Shown here one piece after another: positions 30,244 to 44,313 of a stretch of DNA of 64,000 nucleotides; position 1 is the first letter of the stretch, and each line of letters opens with the position of its first letter. Origin of the DNA: Octopus sinensis (taxonomy: Eukaryota); assembly GCF_006345805.1 (NCBI RefSeq), contig NC_043008.1:71114001-71178000 (forward strand). Direction: 5' to 3'. Both the position numbers and the translations under genes were made by a program. The notes below the pieces were generated by a model that was not told the DNA's origin, did no database searches, and saw only the letters and a list, made by a program, of their open reading frames with translations.

Positions 30244-30250
<7 letters not shown>
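29640..30250 (-). mobile_element. Non-autonomous HHR element with perfect 80-bp inverted arms (29767-29846 / 30171-30250)
   Basis: Arms are identical by manual comparison and the HHR lies in the spacer. Ends in TCACCCTTATTAATTAATT next to (TA)n on the minus strand; the other flank is (TA)n too. Confidence 0.7.
29913..30007 (-). ncRNA. Type I hammerhead ribozyme with long stem II and palindromic stem III
   Basis: CAGAUAGUUUUGC-CUGAGGA-GCUA...UAGC-GAAA-CAAUUG-UC-CCAAAAUAAUCUG. Core intact, ACAAUUGU palindrome, GUC site. The first stem I pair is a C.C mismatch. Confidence 0.75.
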
Positions 30251-30337
<87 letters not shown>

Positions 30338-30382
30338 TATATATATATACATATATACATATATATATATACAATATATATA

Positions 30383-30419
<37 letters not shown>

Positions 30420-30574
30420 ATATATATATATATGCTATAAACATATGCATACAAAGAGAGAGAGAGAGAGAGAAACACACACACATATGTATATACAGGT
30501 GTTATCTGTATACAAATATGTGTGTGTACGTGTGTTTGAATATACATGTATATACATACATACATATATATATA

Positions 30575-30622
<48 letters not shown>

Positions 30623-30628
<6 letters not shown>

Positions 30629-30841
30629 AATTTTTTGTTAATAAGATAAAATTATCAAGGCTGTATAGATAGTAGAGCATTTATAGATAGAAGTTCTTAC
30701 AGCTGCTTATAGGATATTAATTAATAATAAGGGATATTTTTGATTAATATCCTAGAAACAGCTGTAAGACCTTCCATCAATAAATGCTCTAATATCTATA
30801 CACTCTTGCGTTTTTACCTTATTACGCAAAAAATTCTTATA
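30623..30841. repeat. About 220-bp imperfect palindrome between (TA)n arrays
   Basis: TATAAGAATTTTTT...AGAGCATTTA...CTTACAGCTG...GGATATTAAT mirrored by ATTAATATCC...CAGCTGTAAG...TAAATGCTCT...AAAAAATTCTTATA. Confidence 0.75.
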
Positions 30842-30843
30842 AT

Positions 30844-30898
<55 letters not shown>

Positions 30899-30989
30899 AT
30901 GCAAACACACACATTTGTATATATATAACACCTGTATATTCATATGTGTGTGTTTTTTCTCTCTCTCTCTCTGTATACATATGTATACA

Positions 30990-31046
<57 letters not shown>

Positions 31047-31514
31047 ATATATAGTATATATATATATTGTATATATAGTATATATATATATATATACATA
31101 TGTATAAAAGCGTGTGTGTACATATATGTATATACATACACACGCACACGCTTGCACACACATATGTATGTATAAGTCATTGAAATCCAACATATATGAT
31201 ATCTAGATGTATTTATAATCCTACGTTTAGATATATAGCTAATGCCTCTTTCCATTTGCATCAATTTTACGTTCAAATAAAAGCAATGATATTAATAACA
31301 AAGCACCACATGAATTCCACTCAATCATCTCTCTTTACTAATATAAATAATATATCGCCTGTACAGAAATATTGAAATTAATTACTTAACAACTAAATAC
31401 AAACTTAAAAATCAGATACTGAGAAAATATTAACGGGTTTATTTTTATATAATCATTAAAAGAAAAAGGTTTTATAATTAACACGCCTTTAGATAATATA
31501 TCAAATATAAATAA

Positions 31515-31616
31515 ATATACAAGAATGTCTTGGCAGCTGACACCATACACACTCAACGCGCGCATGCACACGTATACACACATGCATACACACACACACG
31601 AATATATATGTATATA

Positions 31617-31682
<66 letters not shown>

Positions 31683-32003
31683 ATATATATACACATGCAT
31701 ACATACATATTTATACAAATATACATATAGACACACATACACACACGCACACATATTTATGTATCAAGATTAATCAGCCGAAATTGCGAGGATGATCCGG
31801 TTCTTGATTGAGGATAGAAAGCTTCGAATGACCCGTCCTTGTTTGTTGTATCGTCTATCTGGATGCTTTGTTGTCCCTTTTTGTATTATCTAGTTGTCCG
31901 GATGTTTTGCGTACTTGTCCAATTTTATATTTTATGTGTGCGTGTGTGCGTGCGTGCGTACGCGGGTTGAGTGTGTATGGTGTCAGCTGCCGAGACATTC
32001 TTG

Positions 32004-32008
<5 letters not shown>
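31515..32008. repeat. 43-bp inverted repeat (31515-31557 / 31966-32008) bracketing (TA)n and a unique module
   Basis: ATATACAAGAATGTCTTGGCAGCTGACACCATACACACTCAAC and its reverse complement with 1 mismatch. Confidence 0.8.
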
Positions 32009-32049
<41 letters not shown>

Positions 32050-32052
<3 letters not shown>

Positions 32053-33139
32053 AATAGTAGAGTGAAAAAACGACAGAAGGCTTGAATGTTAAAAAATATA
32101 TATATTTGCGTCAATATGTCTGAAGAATATTAGAAAATTATAATGACATAAATTAAAAGAAATACCGGTTTCGCGTGTAGCTTTTCATATTTCTTGTGAC
32201 GTTATGTTTATATTGCATGGAGTTATCGTTGTGTTTATTTTCAGGAGATTTCTAAATAAGGGGAGGTAGTGAGTGATTTCTTCCGGTGTAAGGGAGATAA
32301 TCGCTTAAAATTTTTTTCCTTTCCCTTGTGAATTTCTCTGTGTCAGTATGTTCGGATGGTTGAGTCTGGGTTTGTACTTTTCAATGAAGAATGTTTCCTT
32401 GTTCAGTCTCATTTGTGTTGATGATCCGAAAGCACATTGGTAAAATGGGAAGATTAAAAATTGTGGCAGTAGTTGCTTTGCGCATTTCTCAATGTGCTCA
32501 CTAAAAGGTATCATTCTATATTCTGGGAATGCAATCTGTTGTCGATGCAGTGTGCATCTACGCCTGAGTGATAGTCCCGTGGAACCCACATAGTCTTGGT
32601 GGCAGCCCGAGCATTTTATTACATAAATTATGTTTTCAGAGGCACAAGTAAAGTTAGATTTGATCTTGAATTTTTGTCCCTCTTTAAAGAGGAATTCTGA
32701 TCCTTCTAGCAGGTTAGGGCATGTTGCACAGTTCGATCTACCACATTTTTTTACTTTTTCATCCGTAATTTCAGAAGACAATTTTGCCTTTGTGAGAATC
32801 TTTTTAAGTGATTTAGGGTGTTTGTAGCTTTTAATGATTTGGTGTATGTTTAGAATTTCCTTTAATTTGGTGTTTTTATGAAGTATCGGTAAATTCTGGG
32901 TGATGATGGTGAAGGCTTCTTTGTTTCTGGGGTTGTATGTAGATATGTAAGGTAGTATTTTCGGGGAAGGTGTGTTGTTGTGTTGAACTTTTCTTAAAGT
33001 TTCTATGTTGATTTCTGTTGCACGTCTGATCCCATCCTCTATGAGTTGAGCTGGGTAATGTCTGTTAATTAGGGTGTTTTTGAGTTCTTGCAGTCTAAAG
33101 TTCCTGGTATTTTGTTCTGACACTATTATGCATATCCTT
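32050..33139 (-). mobile_element. 5'-truncated Penelope-like element (RT thumb + GIY-YIG, open ORF 32305-33210)
   Basis: RRICIIVS, KCGRSNCATC, FTCASENIIYVIKCSGCHQDYVGST, KETFFIEKYKPRLN. Homologous to 44387-46545. Both ends abut (TA)n. Degenerate HHR-like motif at 32157-32195. Confidence 0.85.
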
Positions 33140-33674
33140 CTATATATATATATATATAGTATCTGCCGCCAGTCGGGAGCGCGCAGTGTGATACGTGAGG
33201 AAGAATTCAATCGACAGTAAGTGCGACTAAGAGTTCTGACGCACCAACATTGCCTGAAATAAGAGTTTAAAATACTCTTAAAGTTGTAGGAAGCGCGCAG
33301 AGATACATACTGACAGGGGAAATAACCACCTCATACCGATTCGAAAATCCTCAGATTAGACGTCTAGTTTCATCTCTTACCGTACGCATATTCAGTGAGA
33401 TCAACTCGAAAGGCACATGTTCGGCTAATTGTAACTGCACATATGATAATAAAAACGAGTACTGGTTCAATTTTTACTTCTTGATCGTTAATCAATGGGC
33501 TAGTTACCTAAGTAATCACATGTCCTCTCTCGTCGACGTCTGCTACGAGTCTCTTACAGGTCTGTTTTGAAATCTCATTAATGAGGTCACGGATGGAGAT
33601 GAAAGGGCTTTGGCAAACAGTTGCTTGACTATGTGCATATACTTAACCAAGAGAAAGTGTACACAGCCAGCGGA

Positions 33675-34186
<512 letters not shown>

Positions 34187-34194
<8 letters not shown>

Positions 34195-34740
34195 ATTAGG
34201 GCTTAGTAAAATAAATTACTTTGCCACATACTGAACTAAGTAGAAATAGCAGCGAAAATAATTTTTTTTTAGCTATTTCTACTACTTAAAGAAAATTTCT
34301 CTCAGATAAAGTTTACTCCAGACAGCTCACGGAGTTCGTTGATAGGTAAAGTTCCTTCTTTTTAGTGTTTCCAAATCCAAATTAAGAAATTTTGAGCTGA
34401 CGAAAGAAATGCTGATTTTATTTGGCTAATCTTGAAACGTTGACGTACTCAAACGATCTATGTACTTGTGATATTTTTCTGTATTTACCTCCAAACCTCC
34501 GTGAGCTGTCTGGAGTAAACTTTATCTGAGAGAAATTTTCTTTAAGTAGTAGAAATAGCTAAAAAAAAAAAAATTTTTTTGGCTGCTATTTCTACTTAGT
34601 TCAGTATGTGGCAAAGTAATTTATTTTACTAAGCCCTAATTATATAATGTAATATTTTGAATTCGCCTTAAATGGTCCTTTTACATACTGAACACTTGGT
34701 GAAATTGATTAATTAATTAATTTTACCCTCAATTGTTGAT
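34187..34740 (+). mobile_element. Non-autonomous HHR element with about 150-bp inverted arms (34187-34334 / 34497-34648) and ...ACCCT 3' tail
   Basis: Arms are near-perfect reverse complements, differing mainly in an A/T run. The HHR sits in the spacer. Bounded by (TA)n on both sides. Confidence 0.7.
34391..34453 (+). ncRNA. Canonical type I hammerhead ribozyme
   Basis: UUUGAG-CUGACGA-AAGA...UCUU-GAAA-CG UUGA CG-UA-CUCAAA. Perfect 6-bp stem I, intact core, 4-bp or longer stem II, stem III ACG/CGU, GUA cleavage after 34447. Confidence 0.85.
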
Positions 34741-34926
34741 ATATATATATATATATAAATTATTCATATATCAGTATTATCATTATCATTATCATCAATT
34801 AATAAATCACATGAATGTATTTACAAAGTATAATCATTTAGTATAATGAAGATAGCTTATTTGTAAACTATAATTAATATGTGACTACATACATCCAGGT
34901 ATTTAAACAACAAATTTTATAATATA

Positions 34927-34956
34927 TATGTTTAAAGCTATTAGACTGTTTAAAGG

Positions 34957-35042
<86 letters not shown>

Positions 35043-35072
35043 CCCTTAAACAGTCTAATAGCTTTAAACATA
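34927..35072. repeat. Inverted repeat (about 35-bp arms) around a (TA)n core
   Basis: TATGTTTAAAGCTATTAGACTGTTTAAAGGACAA / TTGTCCCTTAAACAGTCTAATAGCTTTAAACATA. Confidence 0.85.
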
Positions 35073-35860
35073 GCAAGGTTTATGATATTAGTTTATTACA
35101 AGTACTTTTATTAGTTCCTGTTTAATGAAGTTTAAGTGTGTATTAGTCACTGGTAATTTAATATTTTAACTTGTAGTGATGATATATTGATGAGTATGTA
35201 ATGTTTTATTATTAACTTTTGAAAGATGAAATAATGTATTTCACTCATAAAAATATTAGTTAAATTGATTTCAGTCTTGTTTTTTTTTGGGAAAAAATTT
35301 TTTTATAAGGTTTGAACTTTCATTTTGGTAGTATCTATGGAAGACCGGTAGGGTTATTATTTATATGGACTTAAAGATGGACCGCAATTTGGCTTATAAT
35401 TTAGTTATTGCAGATTGCTATTAATACCGATGCAATATACATTGGTTTAAATGTCTCTTGTTGTAGTTTTATTAAAGTTAGTGTTTAATCCTGCCTATAT
35501 ATTGATTGATTGAAATAATTTGGTTATTAAGCTTTTACTTCTATATTACACTACGGAAGACGGTAGGGATTAAAATTTTGTATGATTTAATAGAGTTGTC
35601 ACTGTTTAGTTACGCATTTAGGGGTGGTTGTAATATACTTATTGAATTTATTTATCGATACGTTTGTATATTTGGTAAGTTATGGTTTCTTTGGTTTGTT
35701 TGTTTCGAAACAACAATTATTTTAGTGATGTTGACTCTGCCGGATTGAATGATACAGCCCAGGTGTCAAAACCATAATGATATCCGTGTGGCAGGTGATG
35801 ATGGAGGTATTTTGGGTTATTGGTATGGCTGTGAAATAACATATCCTTTATATATATATA

Positions 35861-35929
<69 letters not shown>

Positions 35930-36060
35930 GTATGTATCAATAATAATAAAGGGTGAAATTAATTAATTAATTACTTAATAATTAATAATTTTACCAAGTA
36001 GTTCGGTATGTTAAAAGAACCATTATCGGTAAATTTAAACAAAAATGTTTATAATTATGA

Positions 36061-36231
36061 GTATAATTATAATTAGGGTTCAGCAAACAATTTGCTTCAC
36101 CAATTACCGAAATTTAGAAATAGCAGTTAAAACTGATATTTCTCTAGAGAAATAGCCAGTATTAACTGCTATTTTTAAATTTCGGTATGTGGTGAAGCAA
36201 ACTTTTTGCTGAACCCTAATTATAATTATAC
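36061..36231. repeat. About 170-bp imperfect palindrome (no spacer)
   Basis: Centred on TCTCT|AGAGA at 36145/36146. Arms homologous to the 34187-34334 arms. Confidence 0.85.
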
Positions 36232-39200
36232 TTATATATAATTATAATTATACCCTAATTATAATTTTACTGAGCCATAATTATAATTATAATCATAATT
36301 ATAAAATTTGTTGTTTAAATATCTGTATGTATGTAGTCACTTATTAATTATAGTTTACAAATAAGCTATCTTCATTATACTAAATGATTATACTTTGTAA
36401 ATACATTCATGTAATTTATTAATTGATGATAATGATAATGATAATAATGATATATGAATAAGTTTACACAATGCCATATTGTGATCAAAAGCAATTATTT
36501 CCAATTACGTATTTCTCTTTTTTAAGTAGCTAATTTATTTATAAATGTATAACCATTTACTTACAAAAAATTTTTTTTTTTCCTCTGAAAAACTAAGTAA
36601 CTGTGTATTTGTTCTAGAAATTCTTTAAATAAGTATGAATATGAAGATTACAAAAAATATTATATAAAATTATATGTGCTTGAATAATTGTATATATGTG
36701 TATTAATTGTGATAAAACTAAGCCTTATGATTTTAATAAAGTTTTAATAATATTGTGTACTTTATAGCTTGTGTTATTATTGCAAAACTAATTTCGTTAC
36801 TTCTGAAAGACTTAACAAAATTTTGAAATATATTATTTATAGTTTATGATCTCTTTTTCTAAGAAATAATATACGTTATATTCATCGGCGATGTATACTT
36901 TATATTTATGCTTTTGTTTATCTACATTTACGGAATACTTCCTTCGACAATTTACGTAAATAAGTATCATTATTTGTTTGTTACTTTGAATAATCATTAT
37001 TCCAGTAACTTCTAGTCTATTTACTTCGGGAAGACTTAGTAATATTTCGATATTTATTATTTATATTTATGTTTTATTATCTCACTATCTAAGAAACAAT
37101 ATGGGTTATAATTATCGTAAATCTAAGTTTCTGTTTATTTTATTTACTAGGTTGTCCCTTCGATAAAATACGTAAATAAGGAACATTATTTGTTAGTTAC
37201 TTGGAATAATATTTATTTCAGAAAATTTAGATAAATGAGAAATGCTATTATACTTTACCATTATATTAATACAATACTATATTATCATTATATATAATTT
37301 ATATATATTTTCTTTCAGTAATTATAAATATTTGAAAAGTATTGCACATAAATAGATACTTAGTTGATATAAAAGAATTATGTTTTTCAAACATGCATAG
37401 GCATGTTTATAGAACAAATATTGATTTACACGATTTATTACCGTCTCTTAAACTAAGTAGGACTCTGATACTTCATTTATTTATATATTGTTATTATTAT
37501 ATATTATTAAAGTAGCCAGTGATTGTTTTCGACTAAAATGCGTATGAATTGATATTATTGGAGACATAGAAAAATATTTTGAAAGTTGTAGATGTTCTTT
37601 AGGCAGTTATTTTGTTCTTTTATGGCACTTGTTATGTATTTGAGTAGTTAATACTCATGCTCCTAAACATAGTATTTTGCAATCTGACAGCCCTTTTTGA
37701 TGGGATTTCATCTGTCTTTTGAACCAAAACCCTGAAGATACATGGATATCAATTGTGTATAAATCAAATAATGTATATAAGTCGAAACAAATGTTGGCGT
37801 TTTTGATTTTTTATTATATTCATATTGTATCAGAATATAAGTAAATTGTTAGATTTTCAATTGAATTTCTCTATTTAATTTATTATATATATATATATAC
37901 ACACATACACACATATAGTCCGCAGATGAGCTCCAGAGATGATCAGTATTGAAGACAGTAGAGTTCAATAGATTCAAACTTAGACACCAATGTCTTAACA
38001 GGAGATCGATTGCGCTAGGTAAAGTATCGATATAAGACGAGCAGAATTAGAAGCAGTTATGCGGATGAGCAAATTAATACTAACCCCCAAACCACAGATC
38101 TTTCTTTCACTCAATATCAATCCATCGACTCTCAAAATATACCTCCTACACATCGCACTCGACAGCTCCACTCATAATGATTATGACCCTCCTTATCTAG
38201 ATCCACCCACTATAACCACACCCTCTCAATATTCTGAGGGCAGGGAGCGAGAGATCCTATGATTTGAGCGACAATTGTCTCTCTAAGTCAAGACTACCCA
38301 AACGTTTTTTAAATCCTGAACTTAAACTTACCACCACAGCATATACACTATCCTATCTTTAATAAACCATTTATAAAAATCTCCTGGCATTTGTCGTTTG
38401 TGAACGTAAAATTGAAGAACTTAGAGTCAAGAAGAAGGTGTACGATTGGATATTCATTTATTATTCGCTAGAATTGTTTCGATGCAACGTATTTCTCTAA
38501 GAATACAGGTTTTTGATTATGAAAATAGTTGCCTAACCAAATATCTGTATTCTTGGAGAACTATGTTGCGTTGAAACAATTGTAGACAATAATAAATAAA
38601 TGTCCAACTGTACTCCTTCTTGGCACCAATTTTTTTAAAAACACACCCACACACACACATATATACATAAATATATATACATTTATATATGCATATATGC
38701 ATAGATAAATACATACAAAGATACACACGCCCACATACACATATAAAGCTGTCTACGTGGATTAAACTTTGACGAATAAAAATCATACATTATTCATATG
38801 CAGATTTCACATTAATCTTGAAGAAAACACCTGTTTGTGATCAGCCTTGTTTGACAACGTCATAGTTTCTCTTTTTTTAATATAGAAAATAGCTTTACGT
38901 CAATCTCCGAAAACTGTAGGTCATATAAAATTGTGAATTATAACCAGTTTCTATTTGGGATGAATACCATGGTTTTCTACTTTAAGAGTACGCAAATTCA
39001 CAAAATGAAATCATGCCATAAAGTTAATTCATTATACTTACTTAAGATTTCGTATTCTATCATTTCTCTTAATACGATAAACATAGCGAAGAAAGAGTAA
39101 TCCCACTACTATCTCAGATTTGAGAGAATTATGTAATTGATATTTAATTTCAGAATATGTAGATCAATACTTGCGGTTAGCTTGAACCCGGTGTCTTGTG

Positions 39201-39290
39201 CAGATGTTTGCATCAAAATTGATATGCCACGGGCAGCAAAGTGGGTGTTTATGCTAGCGGTTGTTAAGACTTATTCACAAATGGTGCATA

Positions 39291-39710
39291 GGTGCAGGAG
39301 TGGCTCTGTGGTAAGTAGCTTGCTTACCAACCACATGGTTCTGGGTTCAGTCCCACTGCGTGGCACTTTGGGCAAATGTCTTCTACTATAACCTCGGGCA
39401 GACCAAAGCCTTGTGAGTTGATTTGGTTGACGGAAACTGAAAGAAACCCATCGTATGTATGTATATATGTGTGTGTATATGTGTATGAGTATGTATGTGC
39501 TTGTGTGTCTGTTATTGTCCTCCAAACATCGCTTGACAACCAATGCTGGTGTATTTACTTTCCCATAAATTAGCGGTTCGGCAAAAGGAACCCATAGAAT
39601 AAGTACTAGGCTTACAAAGAATAAGTACTAGGGTGGATTTGCTCGACTAAAGGCGGTGCTCTAGCATGGCCGATTGAAATGACTGAAAAAACTAAAAGAG
39701 AAAAAAGAGA
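39291..39710 (+). mobile_element. SINE family B copy
   Basis: Full head and 3' module. Confidence 0.8.
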
Positions 39711-40648
39711 AATGTGCAATGACATTTGTATTTTGCTGAACACGTTAGTGAACCACTAATTAAACCTGATAAAGTGTGATTAAAAATGTTGTATCTGTGA
39801 CCATCCTTTCTTCTAAGTTAACAACCAGCTAAAATAACTAATATAACAGAGGTTATCTGCAACAACAGAAATCGAAATTTATCTTCCACATTCAGTTATA
39901 CAACATTGGATTTATCATGCATGCCGCAGAGGTGACCGTTACAATATCAAAATATGCACAGTACGTAATTAATAACTACATGATGGAAGTTCAATTTAAA
40001 AAGAAACACTTCAACTTCATTCTCTCATAACCATGACAAAATGTAAGAGTGACAACTCTATCTAATCATACCTAAATAGTGAAATAACGTGGCACTGCTT
40101 TAGGCTTCATATCGAAATAGTTGAAAGATTGCAAGATAAAGATTATTACTCAACATGCTCTAAAAATTCGCCAGCAGATTAAATGTAATATCAAAGGTTT
40201 TTAACAAGCGGTGTAATAGTCAAAACTATGTACTGAAATAAAGGGAAAATTACTAACCGCTGGCTAAAGGGAGACAATTATTGTATGCTTCGGCTTTAAC
40301 GCATTATGTCATACTTTTCATTCTAGTATCTACACCTTATTGAGCAACTACATGCTCAATATGTGTGTATATGCCATCATATACACAAAACTCTTCTTTA
40401 TATGTATATGTACGTATGTGTGTGCGTACATATATATATATATATATATATATACAGATAATAACATGTACATGTACTGTACATACTTATATAGTATTAT
40501 ACATACGTTCCTATATTTTCAAATATGTGTATATATGCTCACATATATATTACACGTACATCTATCTATCTATCTATATATATCTATCTATCTATCTATT
40601 TCTCTCTAACTAACTATACATACACACACACATACATTCACAAACACG

Positions 40649-40684
<36 letters not shown>

Positions 40685-41226
40685 CATATATACACGTGTA
40701 TATACAAATGTATATTCATAAACACATGTATAGTTACATCTACACATGTGTATATATCTGCATGAATACAATACACACACATGTATGTCGATGAATGCAT
40801 GTTCATATAAGCCTACATGCATCGATTAAGAAATCAACATCTGTAAAATTGTTCGTTTTTCGTTTCTGAAATAGATGTTCTCTTTTTTATTGAAATCAAG
40901 TGATTTATTGTATTCATATTTTAAAAGAGGGAAAAATCCGAAGCCAAATTTACGTTTATTCATAGAGAAATATAACAATCAATTCTTCCTGTATGATCGT
41001 CTTGTACTTGTTTTTTAAGAATATTTCTAGTCATCCAGTATGAATGCTTAATTTTTTTCTTCCAGGAAACAGTCTTTAACTGATACGATATTTCTTGCAG
41101 TGGCACGAATATATTTTCATTGACTGGATTTAGATGTCCTCGATTTTAGCTTGTTTTGGCACAACATTTTAGTTGTCTGTCACTATATATCCATCTCTCT
41201 TTCTCTCTCTCTCTGTCTCTCTCTGT

Positions 41227-41316
<90 letters not shown>

Positions 41317-42040
41317 ATCATCCCTACGTATATCTATCTCAATCTACATGCATACATATATGAATCTGTATCTCTAACTTTATCCATGTCTACATCTTTC
41401 TATATCCGTCTACATCTATATTTCTCTCCCTCTATATCTATATTCATTTATCTCCTCTCTTTGTCTATCAAATAATCTTTCGCTCCCTGAATACACACAC
41501 ACACAATGTTGTGAGCAATAAAGTTTCTCGTATATTCTATTTTCCGTCTCTATAATTTGTTGTATAATGAAGGAACACTGTAATTCCTGAGTTAGATTCG
41601 GCGACAATTGTGTAAATACCATTGCTGACGTCATGTAGACATATGCAGTGAACGTGCTCCATCGGCTAATAATGAGGTACACATCCAAAACTTAGGTAAT
41701 GGCTTATATATATGTGTGTGTGTGCGTGTGTTTGTAAGTGAGTGTGTGTATGTATGTGTGTGTATGTATGTGTGTGTATGTATGTGTGTGTGTGTGTGTG
41801 TGCTTTCTACTATATTCACAATGCGTGCCATTTTTGGTATGGGGTGCAGTCTTGAGAATTATATCCATCTCCGTGCTCAACTGCTATTCTTTTTCTCGTT
41901 CAAGAGAAGGATGGAAATAAAAAGTCGACCCGGGAAGATTTAAACTCCTAATATAAACCTAGAAGTAATGCCATCAAACGCTTTCTCCCGCATGCAAACG
42001 ATTCGGCCTGGACGGTTTATATTTAAGTATATATAAATCA

Positions 42041-42107
<67 letters not shown>

Positions 42108-42150
42108 TACATAGATATGTGTGTGCGTGTTTATAAATAACAACATATAA

Positions 42151-42505
42151 CAGTTGTCAATCCACTGCGGCCGTTTCCTACGATTCCCTTAATTGATTAA
42201 TGGGTACTTTATATACAAAGAAACCGTTTTCTTAAGATGGCTGCTTTAAAACGAGGGACATACAAAATAATTTAAGATAGTTTTAAAATTTCTTAAATCC
42301 CGGAGCTAACATTTCCAACATTCTGCTGCTATTTCAGTTGACTGAATTCCGGGGTATAAAATTTATTAAACTATGTTAAATTATTTGGAATATCCTTCAT
42401 TGTAAAGTATCCATTTAAAAAAAACGGTTTCTTTGGAATTGAAAAACTGCACTCATTAACCAATTAAATACGCTGTTAGAAACGGCTGCAATTCATTGAC
42501 ACCTG
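42151..42505. mobile_element. MITE-like element with about 85-bp imperfect TIRs
   Basis: CAGTTGTCAATCCACTGCGGCCGTTTC versus the reverse complement CAGGTGTCAATGAATTGCAGCCGTTTC. Internal AAAGAAACCGTTTT / AAAACGGTTTCTTT. No ORF. Confidence 0.6.
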
Positions 42506-43307
42506 TCCTTGTTTCCCACCTCAGAACATACCCTTTGCATATTTTAAAGTTTATTACAGACTCTGCATTTGATAAAGCGCACATGTCTGAATAGCTCAAG
42601 AGCCGATTATATATTCAGGTGAATCTAATTCTCTGGAAGAATTATATATATTTCATTCTGACGGTACTTATATACCAAGGTTGATATGTGAAAATTATTG
42701 TTGTGTGTGCATGCTATTCCAACTTAACGGGATGCACCAACATAAGTAACTTATTTCTTATTTCCACTTATTTCATATTTGTATTTTCCTAAAATTTTCG
42801 TTGCGTCTTGCAACCTTTTCAATAGTCTTGACTCCGTAATTTACACTGCGTTCCTTTTTGCTTGTGCGCATGTGTGTGGGTCAGTGTGAGTGTGTGCCTA
42901 TGCATCCATGTACGTATGTATGTATGTATGTATGTATGCATGTGTATGTATATATGTGTGTGTATGCGTAAATATGTAGGTGTATGCATCTTTATGTATG
43001 TATTCTGCATATTCATGTGCTTGCATGTCCGTGTTTGTGTATTTTCTATGTATGTGCATGTGTGAGCGTGTGTTTGTATATGTATGCACCTTTGTTTCCT
43101 TGTGCGTGCATGTGTGTGTTTTGCAACTAAGTACCATGCTTGTATGTATGGGTGTGCATCTCAATGGATAGTCAAGACTGCTGAAAAGTTTGCAAGACGC
43201 AACGAAAATTTTAGGAAAGTAAAAAATAAGAAAGAAGTGGAAGTTTTACCGGTGAGTGTGTTACATTATAAGGCACAAAAAGAAAATGTCTCTCCCCAGA
43301 CACAACA

Positions 43308-43397
<90 letters not shown>

Positions 43398-43413
43398 CGA
43401 TAGATAGATAGAT

Positions 43414-43493
<80 letters not shown>

Positions 43494-43761
43494 TGTTAGT
43501 GGATACATATATATATTCGCATAAATTTTAGTTCCTGAGAAAGACATGAAAACAAGTTCTCAGCTGTTTCTGATAAAACTGATAAAGACTTTCTAGTTTA
43601 ACCTTACCGACAAACTGTTTTTCATTTCTCTTAGTCGAAGGATATCGTTACGTATGTTTATATATTGTAACACGCATACTTGAACAGACGTGTCATAGTC
43701 TGGCAAAACAGGTTCTCTCACTATAAGGTCTCTTGCCAATATCCAATTGATATATACATAT

Positions 43762-44125
43762 TTAGGCGTAGATGTGTGGTAGGAAGCTTGCTTCCCAACC
43801 ACGTGGTTTCGTGTTCAGTCTCATTGCGTAGAACCTTACGCAAGTGTCTTGTACTATTGACTCGGACCAACCTGAGTTGCTTTGGTGGATGGAACTTGAA
43901 GAGGCCTGTCGTATATAAATTTATTCTTTTACGTGTCTCTGTCATTTTTTTTGTGGCCATGCTGGAACACCGTCTATTTGGCCAAAGAAATCGCCCCCTG
44001 GACCTATTCTTTGTAAGCCTCGAATTTATTGTATCAGTATCTTTAGCCAAACTGCTAGTTTACGGGAACGTAAACAGACTAACATGGGTTGTCAAGCGAT
44101 GGTGTTGGTCAAAAACAGAAAAAAA
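43762..44125. mobile_element. SINE family B with 3' module inverted relative to head
   Basis: Head on + (43762-43915); 3' module on - (43925-44125). Confidence 0.6.
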
Positions 44126-44145
44126 CACACAAAAACACCTCCTCC

Positions 44146-44192
<47 letters not shown>

Positions 44193-44234
44193 GGTGTGTG
44201 CATCTGTATGTATGTGCATGTGTGAGCATGTGTT

Positions 44235-44313
<79 letters not shown>

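Noticed and set aside
33335-33410. Minus-strand GAAA...GTC...CTGAGGA arrangement suggesting a type II hammerhead
   Set aside because: Only 4 nt between the cleavage site and the core, so no stem I can form.
38228-38282. CTGAGGG...ACAATTGTC resembling the 29913 HHR
   Set aside because: A9 and GAAA are absent and there is no stem I pairing.
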